Both the position numbers and the translations under genes were made by a program. From positions 1 to 64,000 of the forward strand of contig MU271410.1 in assembly GCA_021432655.1 (NCBI GenBank): DNA of 64,000 bases. Reading direction: 5' to 3'. The notes under the pieces were generated by a model. That model saw only the letters and a list, made by a program, of their open reading frames with translations. It did not search any database and was not told where the DNA came from. Positions within the stretch are counted from its first letter, which is position 1; every line of letters begins with the position of its first letter. Below, piece by piece: positions 24,933-36,684 of the stretch. Source of the DNA: Atractiella rhizophila. Lineage: Eukaryota.

Positions 24933-27900
24933 TTACTCCACATCGTATTGTAATTTCATCGTTGTAGGAAAAGGCCAAAGGGTACCTGTAAGTCCAATCA
25001 GCCAAGCGAACCCGCGGTGAGGGTGAAAACCCACCATCGTGGGAAATAAACATCCAAAATCTGCTACCCACTAGACTGTTCTCCAGTCTGATCAGTTTCC
25101 CGCTATCTCCTGGCGCTCTTCGTAAGTTCTTCAGCTTGAAAATGCTCTTGATCATTGCGGGCATCGAAATTACGACCAGCTTCGAACCGAGGCAATTGTG
25201 CATGGCGTGCCCAAACTGTTCCAGCGAGATCAGGTAAGTTTTAATGCATATGTTGTGATGTGGGAACATACCACACGATAACTCTTGGGATCACGAGTTG
25301 GAATGACCTTCTCCGGCTCAGGGTATATGTTGGGATCAAGGGAAGCGTTTGAGGTAGAAGCAAGAATCCAGTCTCCCTCTTCGATATGAATCGTCTTGTC
25401 TCCGTCTTGGACAGTCGTCGTTTTCCTGCAGACTCTGGGGATGCCAGCGACTTGCGGGTCGAGCCTCATCGCCTCCCAGATGTACCCCATGACTTCCTTG
25501 TCCGATTCAGGATCATCGCGTTTCGAGAGTTCTTGTAAGCGTTCAAATGCCTCTTTTTGTGAATCTTGCAGGTAAAAGTTGATAGTTTGCGCTGCAACTT
25601 GGCCTTGGTTTACATTGGAAGCCGTCATGATGGAGAGGCAGTTTGACACCATTCCGGCCATCGAATCTGTCATCTCAGGTTCTAGAAAGGTGTCAACTAG
25701 AGCAATAGAGCAAAGAAATACATACGTTCTTTGACAAGGCGAGTGTAAAAAGCGAGCGTGTCCTTGTGCATCCCAAAATTTGGATGTTCGGAGAAGAAAT
25801 CTTTGACATCGATGTGTGTGATCGCTTCAAATGTCTGCAGTCTCAAATCAGCACGTAGGTTAGCTAACAGCAGAAGACCGACTGTGATTCCCTTGGCTTG
25901 AAGAATCCGAGCCTGCACAATGGCTCCCAAGACCTTCGAAGACTTGATAGCAGCATCCCTGATCTTGAATCCCGCAGCCGCGTCGAAGTTTAAGAAGACG
26001 TAGATGAACATCGCAGCAAGCATGCGATACAACTCCTGAGCTGTAAACAGGCCCAGTGGGTTCTCGTCCGTCTTCACTGGTATGCCGAAGGTATGTGCAA
26101 TCCACATCGCATTTGTAACCTTGTTGCTAATCAGCGATCGCAACAACGTTCAAATGGAAGGAAACGGTTACATTCGTAACATCTCGGACGACATCAACGA
26201 CTCTTGTTTTATTTCCTGACAGACCAAAAGAAGCCTTTTCGATTCTGGTCTGGGTGGCATGTGCGTAATGCTCCTTGATATTCTTCTCGTATCCAGGAGG
26301 GAAGACAACCTTGTCCATGTACATCCTCTCCCTTCCGTGCGACTTCGGATCGTCCCAACCTATGAAGAAGCCGTAATTGCGCTTTGAAATCGCTTCCACA
26401 TTCTGCACATTCGTCAGAAACAGCGACGTAAGAGGAAGATAGACAGACCTTGGTGTAGATCACGCCGAAGTCTTGGTGGTTGTCTGGTCGCCTCGAAATG
26501 AGCATTCGTAACATTGAAGGGCAAGAGAAACCTACTCAAAATGCTCATAACCGCCTCGAATGAGTTGATACCATGCCATTCTGGCGCCTTGGTTGGCATG
26601 GAAAAGTCGTATCGATCGTCCAATTTGAGTTCCTCCATAGTTCTCTTCATTGTCGGCGGGGTTGTGAAGGGGAAGAGGGCATAAGTAGAGTTGAACCTGA
26701 AGTTGTGCGGAAGATTCCTTAGAATGAGCTGTTCGGGGGTCTTAGCATTCGTGCAGGTAGAAGGACAAAAGTACCTTGCTGGCAACTCCGCCAAAACTTC
26801 CCGTTTTGGGGTCAGTGCAGCACTCTTCGAATCCCCAACTGGTGAGCTCTGCAGCGTTGAAAGCGGTGGTGTAGAACCGATCTCCTCTCACAAGGGCCAC
26901 TGTATATTAGATTTGGTCAACGTTTCAGTCTGTCAAGCATGGAACAGACTCACCAGCGTCAGCAAGAATCGCTCTGGAGATGGTATAACCGGGACACAAT
27001 CCTGCGCCGTCTCCCGTCTCTTTCGGCTCCTCCGCCATCAGTCCGGGATAAAGTTCGATATTATCAGGATGGGTATAGAGGGCAGCCATCGCCTTAACGA
27101 TCTCTGGGTCGCGATTGAACTCCTCGAATGAAGTATAAGGCTTGAGGTTGACGAATTTTCTGAACTCGTTCAGCGTACAGACGTTCCAGTCCTTTCGTGC
27201 GGTCTCGATCGACATCACTAATCCAAAATCACTTCTTCCTCATAAATACGACGAAGGCTGAAGGGACGAACGTTCGATGACCCTCATCACCTCCGGGATT
27301 CCTCTTGCCTTGAATGCTCCAGCTGGTTCATCGATGGCCTCAACCAAAATCTGGGAAAGGACATCATCGTCGAAGCTTCCGTCCTTTCCTCTCTTTAAGC
27401 GTCCAAACTCCCAAGTTTTAGGTTCTCCACCATCGTGCAGGTCCTTCGCGCTCACCCTCCAGAACTCCTGAGGCGTAAGCTGTTCGCATTCAGTATCTGG
27501 CGTTAGATTTGGAAAGAAGCAGAAGACACTGGAAGACGAACAGTGGAGAAGTCTACATCTGGGCCGAATTTATTGCGGAACAACTCCTCAGCCCATACCA
27601 CGTCTTTTTCTGACAGCGTGGCATGCCACCTGTACAGAAGGTTGAACTCGACGGAACATACCTGGGCCAAAGGGATCATTCGGTATCTCTCTTGCAATAT
27701 GGCTGAGATAAAGCACTTACGTTTCCTCCCGCCTTCTCACCCTTCCCCCCGAGGAGCTCTTTCACTTCAGTACGAGGATCCAGCACCTTCAGTCTGTTAG
27801 TGGGAAGCTTGAAACCAGAAGTTAATGGGAAAACTGTCTCACCCAGTTGGATGCCGTCTTATTGAGGTTGAGGATAGTGCGAACGTAGTCGACGAGTACC

Positions 27901-29638
27901 ATGTTCCTAGGCATTGTAGTCAGAAACACAGAGAACAAGGAGAAAACCTCGACTTACACGAAGAAACCACAATTGACTAGCCGAGACCTATTGAATATCT
28001 CATCGTCCTGTTCCTTCCTCTTCTTTTCATCCAACGTGTTTGGATCCCGATACGTTTTGTTCTCATTGATTTTGTAGATACCTTTGTGAAATTCAGCATG
28101 AAGACTCAACGTTTGTTAGATGGATAAAAGACGCACGGTCAGCGATGTAATTATGGTTTCTGCTGAACAGGACTGCAAGGACGATCACCGCTGGCACAGC
28201 GAACCTGAACCTTTCCTCCGCAAAGACGTCGTTGTACAGTTTTCCCAGCCCATATCCCTCTTCTCCCTCAGCGATGCGAACTCTCTTCTGCTCAGCCTCA
28301 TTGTTACCATAAACGGGAGAGAGATCGAGATAGGATGAGGTTTGGTTTATGCCTCTGTTTTGAGGTGTGGTATGGAAGCAAGAGTGAATGATGAAGGTCG
28401 CGAATGCGAAGAGAAAGGATGAGATGCCGCTCTATCCGCCGTTTGTTTGTTAGGGAGATCGGAAGGAGAAGGAGGGACGAGCACGAACAGGTTGAGGAAC
28501 GAACTTATCACGCTTCAAAAGTGCATCGAAGACTAGTTGAGCATCCGGGAGATTTTGAGGCTTGGGATGAAGCGGTGGTACACTGCGCGCATACGCTGAT
28601 CACACCATACACAACAGTAGACAGGTTAGTCGTTATGAAATCAGTGGAGACGGAAACAAGACGCACGGGTTCCTGCAGCACCAAGCATAGGGAATAGAGG
28701 ATTATTGCCCCGCCCATCTGGCGTTCTCCATCGATTTTCAACCCCCATCCAATCAAGAGGAGGATGGGTCAAGTCTTTCCAGAGGATGTCTATGAAGGAC
28801 CCGGTGATGGTTTGACGTGCTTTGGAATCGTCAGGCAGCCTCGACAACATGCGAACTATCCTTTCAAGGAGAAGTTCACTATCGAGTCGCGAATACACAA
28901 GGAAGATCCAGTAAGCATGGATGTAGGATGCGATAGCAGAGACAAACCGATCATCCACCACTGCGCCGCCCAAGCTCTTCACCAAATCAACAATGTTTCG
29001 GCATCTTCAACTGCGTCACCGCGTCCCAACGAGCCGAAGACGTCAGAGAGTAGTCCTTTGGTAGGGACGATGGCTTGAGAAGGCGGCTTCGCGTCGTCGT
29101 TCGTGAGACCGTCAGGATTCTCGAGTGCGGTTTGGTCGAGGTTGAAGATCTTGATAGATAGCTCTTCAAAAGGGGTAGAAGGAAGTGAGAAGTGACAAAC
29201 CCTGGACAACCTGTTCCTGAACCCTTTGCTTACGCTCCTTCCTGCTGCAATCACTTCCCGGTCATTGACCAAGGTCCTGTCATTCGCATTCCCACTCCCG
29301 TTCCCGTTCGTCGTCCACTTCTCCCTTCTGACCATCACTACTTCCTCCCTCCTTTCCACGACTCCTCCAACGGCAGGTAGGGCAAAATTGTCGTTCGGAC
29401 CTGGCGTTGGAGGATTGACGAAGGTCTTTGTGGGACTAGCCGAACCGCTCGAGCTCTCCCTCGTCCTTCCGTTCGCCTTCGAATGATCCGACTTTTCGGG
29501 GTTGGGCAAAAAGAAGTTACTGAACTTGGACTTTGAAGGGGTGACGGCAGCTGGTGAATTTGGGCGCTGGAGCGGGAGGGATGGTGTGGTAGGTGACGAG
29601 TTGTTGAGGGTGAGTTCACGTTTCTTGTGCAGAGGCAT
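24933..29638 (-). CDS. Linoleate diol synthase / Ppo-type fatty-acid dioxygenase-cytochrome P450 fusion (oxylipin synthesis), many introns
   Basis: DOX domain: 'LTHPP', 'WRTPDGRGNNP', 'FATFIIHSCF', 'SVEFNLLYRWH' and 'DNIELYPGLMAEE...GLCPGYTISRAILADA'. CYP domain: 'NVNQGQ' (NXXQ), 'EAMRL' (ExxR) and 'FGHAMHNCLG' (heme Cys). Long disordered N-terminus. Confidence 0.92.
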
Positions 29639-30394
29639 TCTTGCGTCAAATTATATCTTCCTGTGCCTGACGTTAGCTGATAATAATAAAAATATCGCGA
29701 TTGGCCCACCCGAGCGCTGATGAGGAGAACGCGAGGGAGGAGACGAGTCGGTATTTATGTCTTCCCACGTCCGATACTTTGGAAGGCGATCCGTCCACAC
29801 CGGAAGTCCAGCCACTGGATCGTCTGTGAGCAACGTTGTTCCAAGCGCCCTCGGACGAGACGCAGTCGTACTTCGGTAACAGCAACTCAGGTCTCAGTCG
29901 CTTTCAACAGCAAAAGCAAAGCGAACGCTAAGATTGGCAGGTGCAGATGCGGAAGGTCAGCACGTACTTCCATAAGATTTGCCATGCCAGATGTGGGCGG
30001 CTTTCCAGATTTCTATCGATGTTTTCCCGAATCCCAAGCTTTCTCCTGTCATATCGGAGTTCCACTCTCTCAGCTGCTTCTGCAGCGGTTATTTAAAGTG
30101 TATTCAATACAGTTGAGGTAGGTTTGAGGGACGTGAGGGGATTATGAACGAAGGACTTGGAAAGAAAGGTGTCGTGCCAAGTTGATTTGATGTTTACAAG
30201 TTTAATGTCGCCCAAAGGACTGGCTGCAGGTTGGGCCTCAAAGTCAAATGGCACTTTTGATTTCTTTTGGTGAATTCTTGGAGGGATTGGATCGAAAGAT
30301 TGGATGGATGATTGGAACAGTAACCAAGCGAGAGCAAGCAAGATGGTGGGCAAGGATAAATTGCTTCGCAATCGGTGGATAACATCTACAACAC

Positions 30395-30980
30395 TTAGTC
30401 GAACAATCCAAAACCCTGTGTCCCACATCAAAACACGACCACGATCAGCAATCATTCCGAGTTAAGTAGAGCACATAGGCTGGAGGGCGGAGTGGGCAGG
30501 GAGGAAAACAAGACCCACCATATCGTCATCCGACTCCTCTTTCTCCTCCACTTTCTCTTCTTTCTTCTCCTCAGCCGGAGCAGCTCCACCAGCAGCAGCA
30601 CCACCGGCGGCTGGGGCAGCTCCTCCTCCACCACCGGAGGGAACGGACGCAAGCTTGGTTGAGCCTTCGGCAATCAGGTCGTTGATTGATTTGCCTTCGA
30701 GCTCGGAGAGGAGGGAGGATAGGCGGGACTCATCAGCGTCAATTCTGTTGGGCGAATCAAAGGAAGAAGACATGGTTAGATCTGTGTTCTTGGAAAGGAG
30801 AATGAAATTTGAAAGAAACTTACCCGACGGCGGAGAGGACACCTTTGATGTCGGCAGCGGAGGGAGAGGTGTTACCACCGATCGTGAGGAGGAGATAACT
30901 GCAATATACAGCAATCCATCAATCCTACGAGCCTTTTCCTGTGAGGATCACATAGAAACGCACGCTGCAAGATGCTTCAT
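30395..30980 (-). CDS. RPP2: 60S acidic ribosomal protein P2, copy 1
   Basis: [49 protein letters not shown]...[16 protein letters not shown]. Confidence 0.96.
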
Positions 30981-31149
30981 TCTGCCATTGAAGGGACTCA
31001 TCAGCATCTCGTCAGAAAAGGAACAGACGACGACTCACTTTTTGTATTTCTCGTCGAGTGTAAAATCAGTTTAACCCTTGAATCAGAACCGGGGAGACCT
31101 AACAACTTCGACGTGCAACGGAAAATTTTCAGCTGGCTCACGAGTCAGA

Positions 31150-31188
31150 TCAAAGAAAAAAACAAAAGCCACAAAACCCCAACCCTAC
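31150..31188 (+). promoter_or_regulatory. Candidate ribosomal-protein promoter element in the RPP2/RPS15 divergent promoter (copy at 35368-35406)
   Basis: TCAAAGAAAAAAACAAAAGCCACAAAACCCCAACCCTAC closely resembles the RPS2 upstream sequence at 49671-49707. Confidence 0.55.
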
Positions 31189-31269
31189 TTGCTTTTTTGG
31201 CTGAGAGACAGCATCAGAATCGAGCGAGGAGGAAGAAAACGAGCAAGGGAACTCGATAATCAAGCAAGT

Positions 31270-31984
31270 ATGGCCGACGAAGCAACCCGCAAAGCTCGTA
31301 CTTTCCGCAAATACTCCTTCCGCGGAGTCGAGGTGCGTTCTTCCTTCCCTTTTCCTCGCTCAGTACACTTCTCGCAAAGTGGGATGGGAGACTGATTTTT
31401 TTGGTGGAACGGAGAACAGCTCGACAACCTCCTAGACCTCTCCCCCGAAGCGTTCTCTGACCTCGTTCATGCTCGCGCGCGAAGGCGATTCCAGAGGGGA
31501 TTGAAGAGGCGACCAATGGGTCTGATCAAGAAACTGAGGAAGGCGAAGAAGGAGGCCCCGGCGGGTGAGAAGCCTGACGTCGTCAAGACCCACCTTGTGC
31601 GTCTCTTCTTTGTTTTGTATTCTGGGTCGGGTGAATGATGGCTGATGGTTCTTGTTGGATTGGTAGAGGGATATGATCATTGTCCCTGAGATGATCGGAA
31701 GCGTTATTGGTATCTATAACGGAAAGACCTTCGTGCGTATTTCCTTCTCATTCCGTTTTCCTGTTTCGTTAAAGTCTAATTTTATGTGCAGAATTCGGTA
31801 GAAATCAAGCCTGAAATGACTGGACACTACCTCGGCGAATTCTCCGTACGTATCGTCACCCTCACCGTCCGTCCTCATCTGAAGCGGATTTCCTTTATGT
31901 GAACAGATCACCTACAAACCCGTCAAGCACGGACGTCCTGGTATTGGAGCTACTCACTCCTCTCGATTCATTCCTCTCAAGTGA
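31270..31984 (+). CDS. RPS15: 40S ribosomal protein S15 (uS19), copy 1
   Basis: [28 protein letters not shown]...[24 protein letters not shown]...[40 protein letters not shown]. Confidence 0.96.
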
Positions 31985-32473
31985 TTGTTTGCTTGTGTTG
32001 GTTTTTTCGCTGCGATCGATGGATATATGGTATCATGACATGAAAATATGACTTGCCGTCTCTTTTTACCCCAGTTTCCTCGTATTTGTGAGCATGCACG
32101 ACCTTGCATTCGAAACAAAAGACCACGGAATTGAGTCAAACTTCTCAGTTCACGGTCAAACTGAGATGTTGGATAGACGGACGAACCTATCCATTGCCAA
32201 TAACAAAATCTGTCATGCATTTCAGGCTCAAGCATTCCTGTGTTTCTCACGGAGCGAGACGGATTGACTGCTAATATGGAAGGTCGATATAACTACGGCT
32301 TCGGACGATCCCGATCGGGAAGAAATTTTTGTGAAGCAAAGAGGTGAGACTGCTGCTGAGGCTGAGATATTGGATAGATAGTGCGATAATTGGCTTCACT
32401 GTGAGCGTGCAGCATGTTTATGCTTCTCTCCCAAGTATAACTGATATTGGAATCAGCGATAGAAAATACTACA

Positions 32474-34099
32474 ATGATCACCCTGCTTGGGCCTCCAGTT
32501 CTCTCTCCCATCCGCACCTCCACTCTTATCTCCGTCCTCGCTCTCTCCTCCCTCCAAGTGCACACCCTCTACTTTCTCCACCTATCTCCATCCGCCACTC
32601 CTCCCACTGCGGACACTCTCCCGCCACAACTCCATGACATCCTCCAGTCCCGCCCCTTCGTCCCTTCTCCTTCTCCGCCTCCGTCCGTCGAGGGGACTTC
32701 CGACGGGGTGACCGTCAGACTGTACGTATATCCGCGTCCGGGGACGATATCACCCTTCTCGTCCAAGGCGACCGACATCCTCCGCTCCTGCTCCCTTCTC
32801 CAGCGGACAGGCATCGAGCGTGTGGAGCGCGGAGAGCTCTGGGAACTCTCCTTCCCGCCCGTCAAGCCGCCGTACAAGAATTTGACTCCCGAAGAGGTGT
32901 CGAGGGACAAGGATATCGTGCGGAGGATTCACGATCGGATGATTGATTCCCTGTCCCTCTCGCCCCCGACTGAAGAGGAACTGTTCTCTAGACCGATAGC
33001 TAAACAAGTCGTTCGCCTCCCGACGAGACCTACGAGGGAGGACCTGATGAACCTGAACAAGGAGCTGGGTTTGGCGTTGAGCGACGGAGAGATCGAATAC
33101 CTGGTCGAGGAGTATGGGAAGCGGAGTGCAGAGGAAGGAGGTGGACCTACTGACGTCGAGCTCTTCACTTTTTCACAGATCAACTCGGAACATTGCAGGC
33201 ACAAGACCTTCAATTCGCACTTCCTCTCACCGCAAACACCGCACACGCTCTTCCAGATGATCCGCAACACGTCCTCCTCCTCGCCCAGCGGGTTGATATC
33301 CAGCTACTCAGACAACGCAGCTGTCTTCTCCTCTCCTCCCCTCCATCAAATACCCACCTTTCTCGCGCCGAACTACTCCACACACTCCTTCCCAAAGGAC
33401 GAACAACCGGGAATACTGATCAAAGCGGAGACACACAACCATCCCACTTCCATCTCTCCCTTCCCAGGAAGCGCCACCGGAACGGGAGGTGAGATAAGGG
33501 ACGAAGCGGCGGTCGGTCGTGGGTCTCGTCCGAAGATGGGTGTGGTGGGGTACATGGTTGGAAGTCTGAATGGGAGGGAAGACAGGCCGTCTCACGTCGC
33601 CAGTGGACGGGAGATCATGATCCACGCTCCACTCGGAGCATCAGAGTATGGCAACGAACTTGGACGTCCCACTGTCGCGGGACTGTTTAGGACTTTGGAC
33701 GTTCCTCATGACGCGGAGGAGGGAGGTAGGAGGGGATATGGAAAACCGGTCATGCTTGCGGGCGGCCATGGGTCCGTGTTACCCCCTAATATGTTCAAAC
33801 ACCCTCCTTTCAAGCCAGGGACCCTCCTGGTCGTTCTCGGAGGTGGAGGAATGCTTATTGGCCTAGGAGGTGGGAGCGGGTCTTCGTTAGGAGGAGGAGA
33901 GGGAGGAGAAGAGCTCGATTTCAAGAGTGTACAGAGGGGAAATGCAGAGATGGAAAGGAGGGCGATTGAGGTCATAGATCGTTGTAGTTGGCTCGCCCTG
34001 TCTCCTTCCTCTTCCAATCCGATCCTCTCAGTCCACGATGTAGGCGCCGCAGGGTTGTCCAATGCATTCCCCGAGCTCGTGAGGGATTCGGGAAGGTAA
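32474..34099 (+). pseudogene. ADE6: 3'-truncated copy of phosphoribosylformylglycinamidine synthase (about the first 540 codons)
   Basis: Nearly identical to 36685-38304. It stops at a TAA just past the duplication junction and lacks the second synthetase half and the glutaminase domain. Confidence 0.9.
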
Positions 34100-34614
34100 C
34101 AGCAACTCAGGTCTCAGTCGCTTTCAACAGCAAAAGCAAAGCGAACGCTAAGATTGGCAGGTGCAGATGCGGAAGGTCAGCACGTACTTCCATAAGATTT
34201 GCCATGCCAGATGTGGGCGGCTTTCCAGATTTCTATCGATGTTTTCCCGAATCCCAAGCTTTCTCCTGTCATATCGGAGTTCCACTCTCTCAGCTGCTTC
34301 TGCAGCGGTTATTTAAAGTGTATTCAATACAGTTGAGGTAGGTTTGAGGGACGTGAGGGGATTATGAACGAGGGACTTGGAAAGGAAGGTGTCGTGCCAA
34401 GTTGATTTGATGTTTACAAGTTTAATGTCGCCCAAAGGACTGGCTGCAGGTTGGGCCTCAAAGTCAAATGGCACTTTTGATTTCTTTTGGTGAATTCTTG
34501 GAGGGATTGGATCGAAAGATTGGATGGATGATTGGAACAGTAACCAAGCGAGAGCAAGCAAGATGGTGGGCAAGGATAAATTGCTTCGCAATCGGTGGAT
34601 AACATCTACAACAC

Positions 34615-35200
34615 TTAGTCGAACAATCCAAAACCCTGTGTCCCACATCAAAACACGACCACGATCAGCAATCATTCCGAGTTAAGTAGAGCACATAGGC
34701 TGGAGGGCGGAGTGGGCAGGGAGGAAAACAAGACCCACCATATCGTCATCCGACTCCTCTTTCTCCTCCACTTTCTCTTCTTTCTTCTCCTCAGCCGGAG
34801 CAGCTCCACCAGCAGCAGCACCACCGGCGGCTGGGGCAGCTCCTCCTCCACCACCGGAGGGAACGGACGCAAGCTTGGTTGAGCCTTCGGCAATCAGGTC
34901 GTTGATTGATTTGCCTTCGAGCTCGGAGAGGAGGGAGGATAGGCGGGACTCATCAGCGTCAATTCTGTTGGGCGAATCAAAGGAAGAAGACATGGTTAGA
35001 TCTGTGTTCTTGGAAAGGAGAATGAAATTTGAAAGAAACTTACCCGACGGCGGAGAGGACACCTTTGATGTCGGCAGCGGAGGGAGAGGTGTTACCACCG
35101 ATCGTGAGGAGGAGATAACTGCAATATACAGCAATCCATCAATCCTACGAGCCTTTTCCTGTGAGGATCACATAGAAACGCACGCTGCAAGATGCTTCAT
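34615..35200 (-). CDS. RPP2: 60S acidic ribosomal protein P2, copy 2
   Basis: Same exon structure and sequence as 30395-30980. Confidence 0.95.
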
Positions 35201-35487
35201 TCTGCCATTGAAGGGACTTATCAGCATTTTGGTCAGAAAAGGGACAGACGACTCACTTTTTGTATTTCTCGTCGAGTGTAAAATCAGTTTAACCCTTGAA
35301 TCAGAACCGGGGAGACCTAACAACTTCGACGTGCAACGGAAAATTTTCAGCTGGCTCACGAGTCAGATCAAAGAAAAAAACAAAAGCCACAAAACCCCAA
35401 CCCTACTTGCTTTTTTGGCTGAGAGACAGCATCAGAATCGAGCGAGGAGGAAGAAAACGAGCAAGGGAACTCGATAATCAAGCAAGT

Positions 35488-36197
35488 ATGGCCGACGAAG
35501 CAACCCGCAAAGCTCGTACTTTCCGCAAATACTCCTTCCGCGGAGTCGAGGTGCGTTCTTCCTTCCCTTTTCCTCGCTCAGTACACTTCTCGTAAAGTGG
35601 GATGGGAGACTGAATTTTTTGGTGGAACGGATAACAGCTCGACAACCTCCTAGACCTCTCCCCCGAAGCGTTCTCTGACCTCGTTCATGCTCGCGCGCGA
35701 AGGCGATTCCAGAGGGGATTGAAGAGGCGACCAATGGGTCTGATCAAGAAACTGAGGAAGGCGAAGAAGGAGGCCCCGGCGGGTGAGAAGCCTGACGTCG
35801 TCAAGACCCACCTTGTGCGTCTCTCATTCGTTTTGTATTCTGGGTAGGGTGAATGATGGCTGATGGTTCTTGTTGATTGTAGAGGGATATGATCATTGTC
35901 CCTGAGATGATCGGAAGCGTTATTGGTATCTATAACGGAAAGACCTTCGTGCGTGTTCCTTCTCATTCCGTTTTCCTGTTTCGTTAAAGTCAAATTTTGT
36001 GTGCAGAATTCGGTAGAAATCAAGCCTGAAATGACTGGACACTACCTTGGCGAATTCTCCGTACGTATCGACGCTCAGCGTCCGTCCTCATCTGAAGCGG
36101 ATTTCCTTTATGTGAACAGATCACCTACAAACCCGTCAAGCACGGACGTCCTGGTATTGGAGCTACTCACTCCTCTCGATTCATTCCTCTCAAGTGA
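35488..36197 (+). CDS. RPS15: 40S ribosomal protein S15 (uS19), copy 2
   Basis: Same peptide as copy 1. Differences lie mainly in introns. Confidence 0.95.
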
Positions 36198-36684
36198 TTG
36201 TTGCTTGTGTTGGTTTTTTCGCTGCGATCGATGGATATATGGTATCATGACATGAAAATATGACTTGCCGTCTCTTTTTACCCCAGTTTCCTCGTATTTG
36301 TGAGCATGCACGACCTTGCATTCGAAACAAAAGACCACGGAATTGAGTCAAACTTCTCAGTTCACGGTCAAACTGAGATGTTGGATAGACGGACGAACCT
36401 ATCCATTGCCAATAACAAAATCTGTCATGCATTTCAGGCTCAAGCATTCCAGTGTTTCCACAGAGTGAGACGGATTGATTGCTAATATGGAAGGTCGATA
36501 TAACTACGGCTTCGGACGATCCCGATCGGGAAGAAATTTTTGTGAAGCAAAGAGGTGAGACTGCTGCTGAGGCTGAGATATTGGATAGATAGCGCGATAA
36601 TTGGCTTCACTGTGAGCGTGTAGCATGTTTATGCTTCTCTCCCAAGTATAACTGATATTGGAATCAGCGATAGAAAATACTACA

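Larger units (their letters stand above)
29875..34093 (+). repeat. Tandem duplication, copy 1 (~4.22 kb: RPP2, RPS15, 5' part of ADE6)
   Basis: Sequence from GGTAACAGCAACTCAGG at ~29875 recurs at ~34095. The ORF track repeats with an offset of 4220 falling to 4211. Confidence 0.97.

Noticed and set aside
4..29638. Apparent lipid gene cluster (FIT, HSL lipase, OSBP, Sec14, LDS)
   Set aside because: The genes are interspersed with unrelated housekeeping genes (ARPC4, BCS1, centrin). There is no backbone enzyme, regulator or single pathway, so chance is sufficient.
30093..30455. 120-aa hydrophobic ORF repeated at 34313-34675
   Set aside because: It overlaps the last RPP2 intron, last exon and 3' UTR. 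It recurs only because of the tandem duplication.
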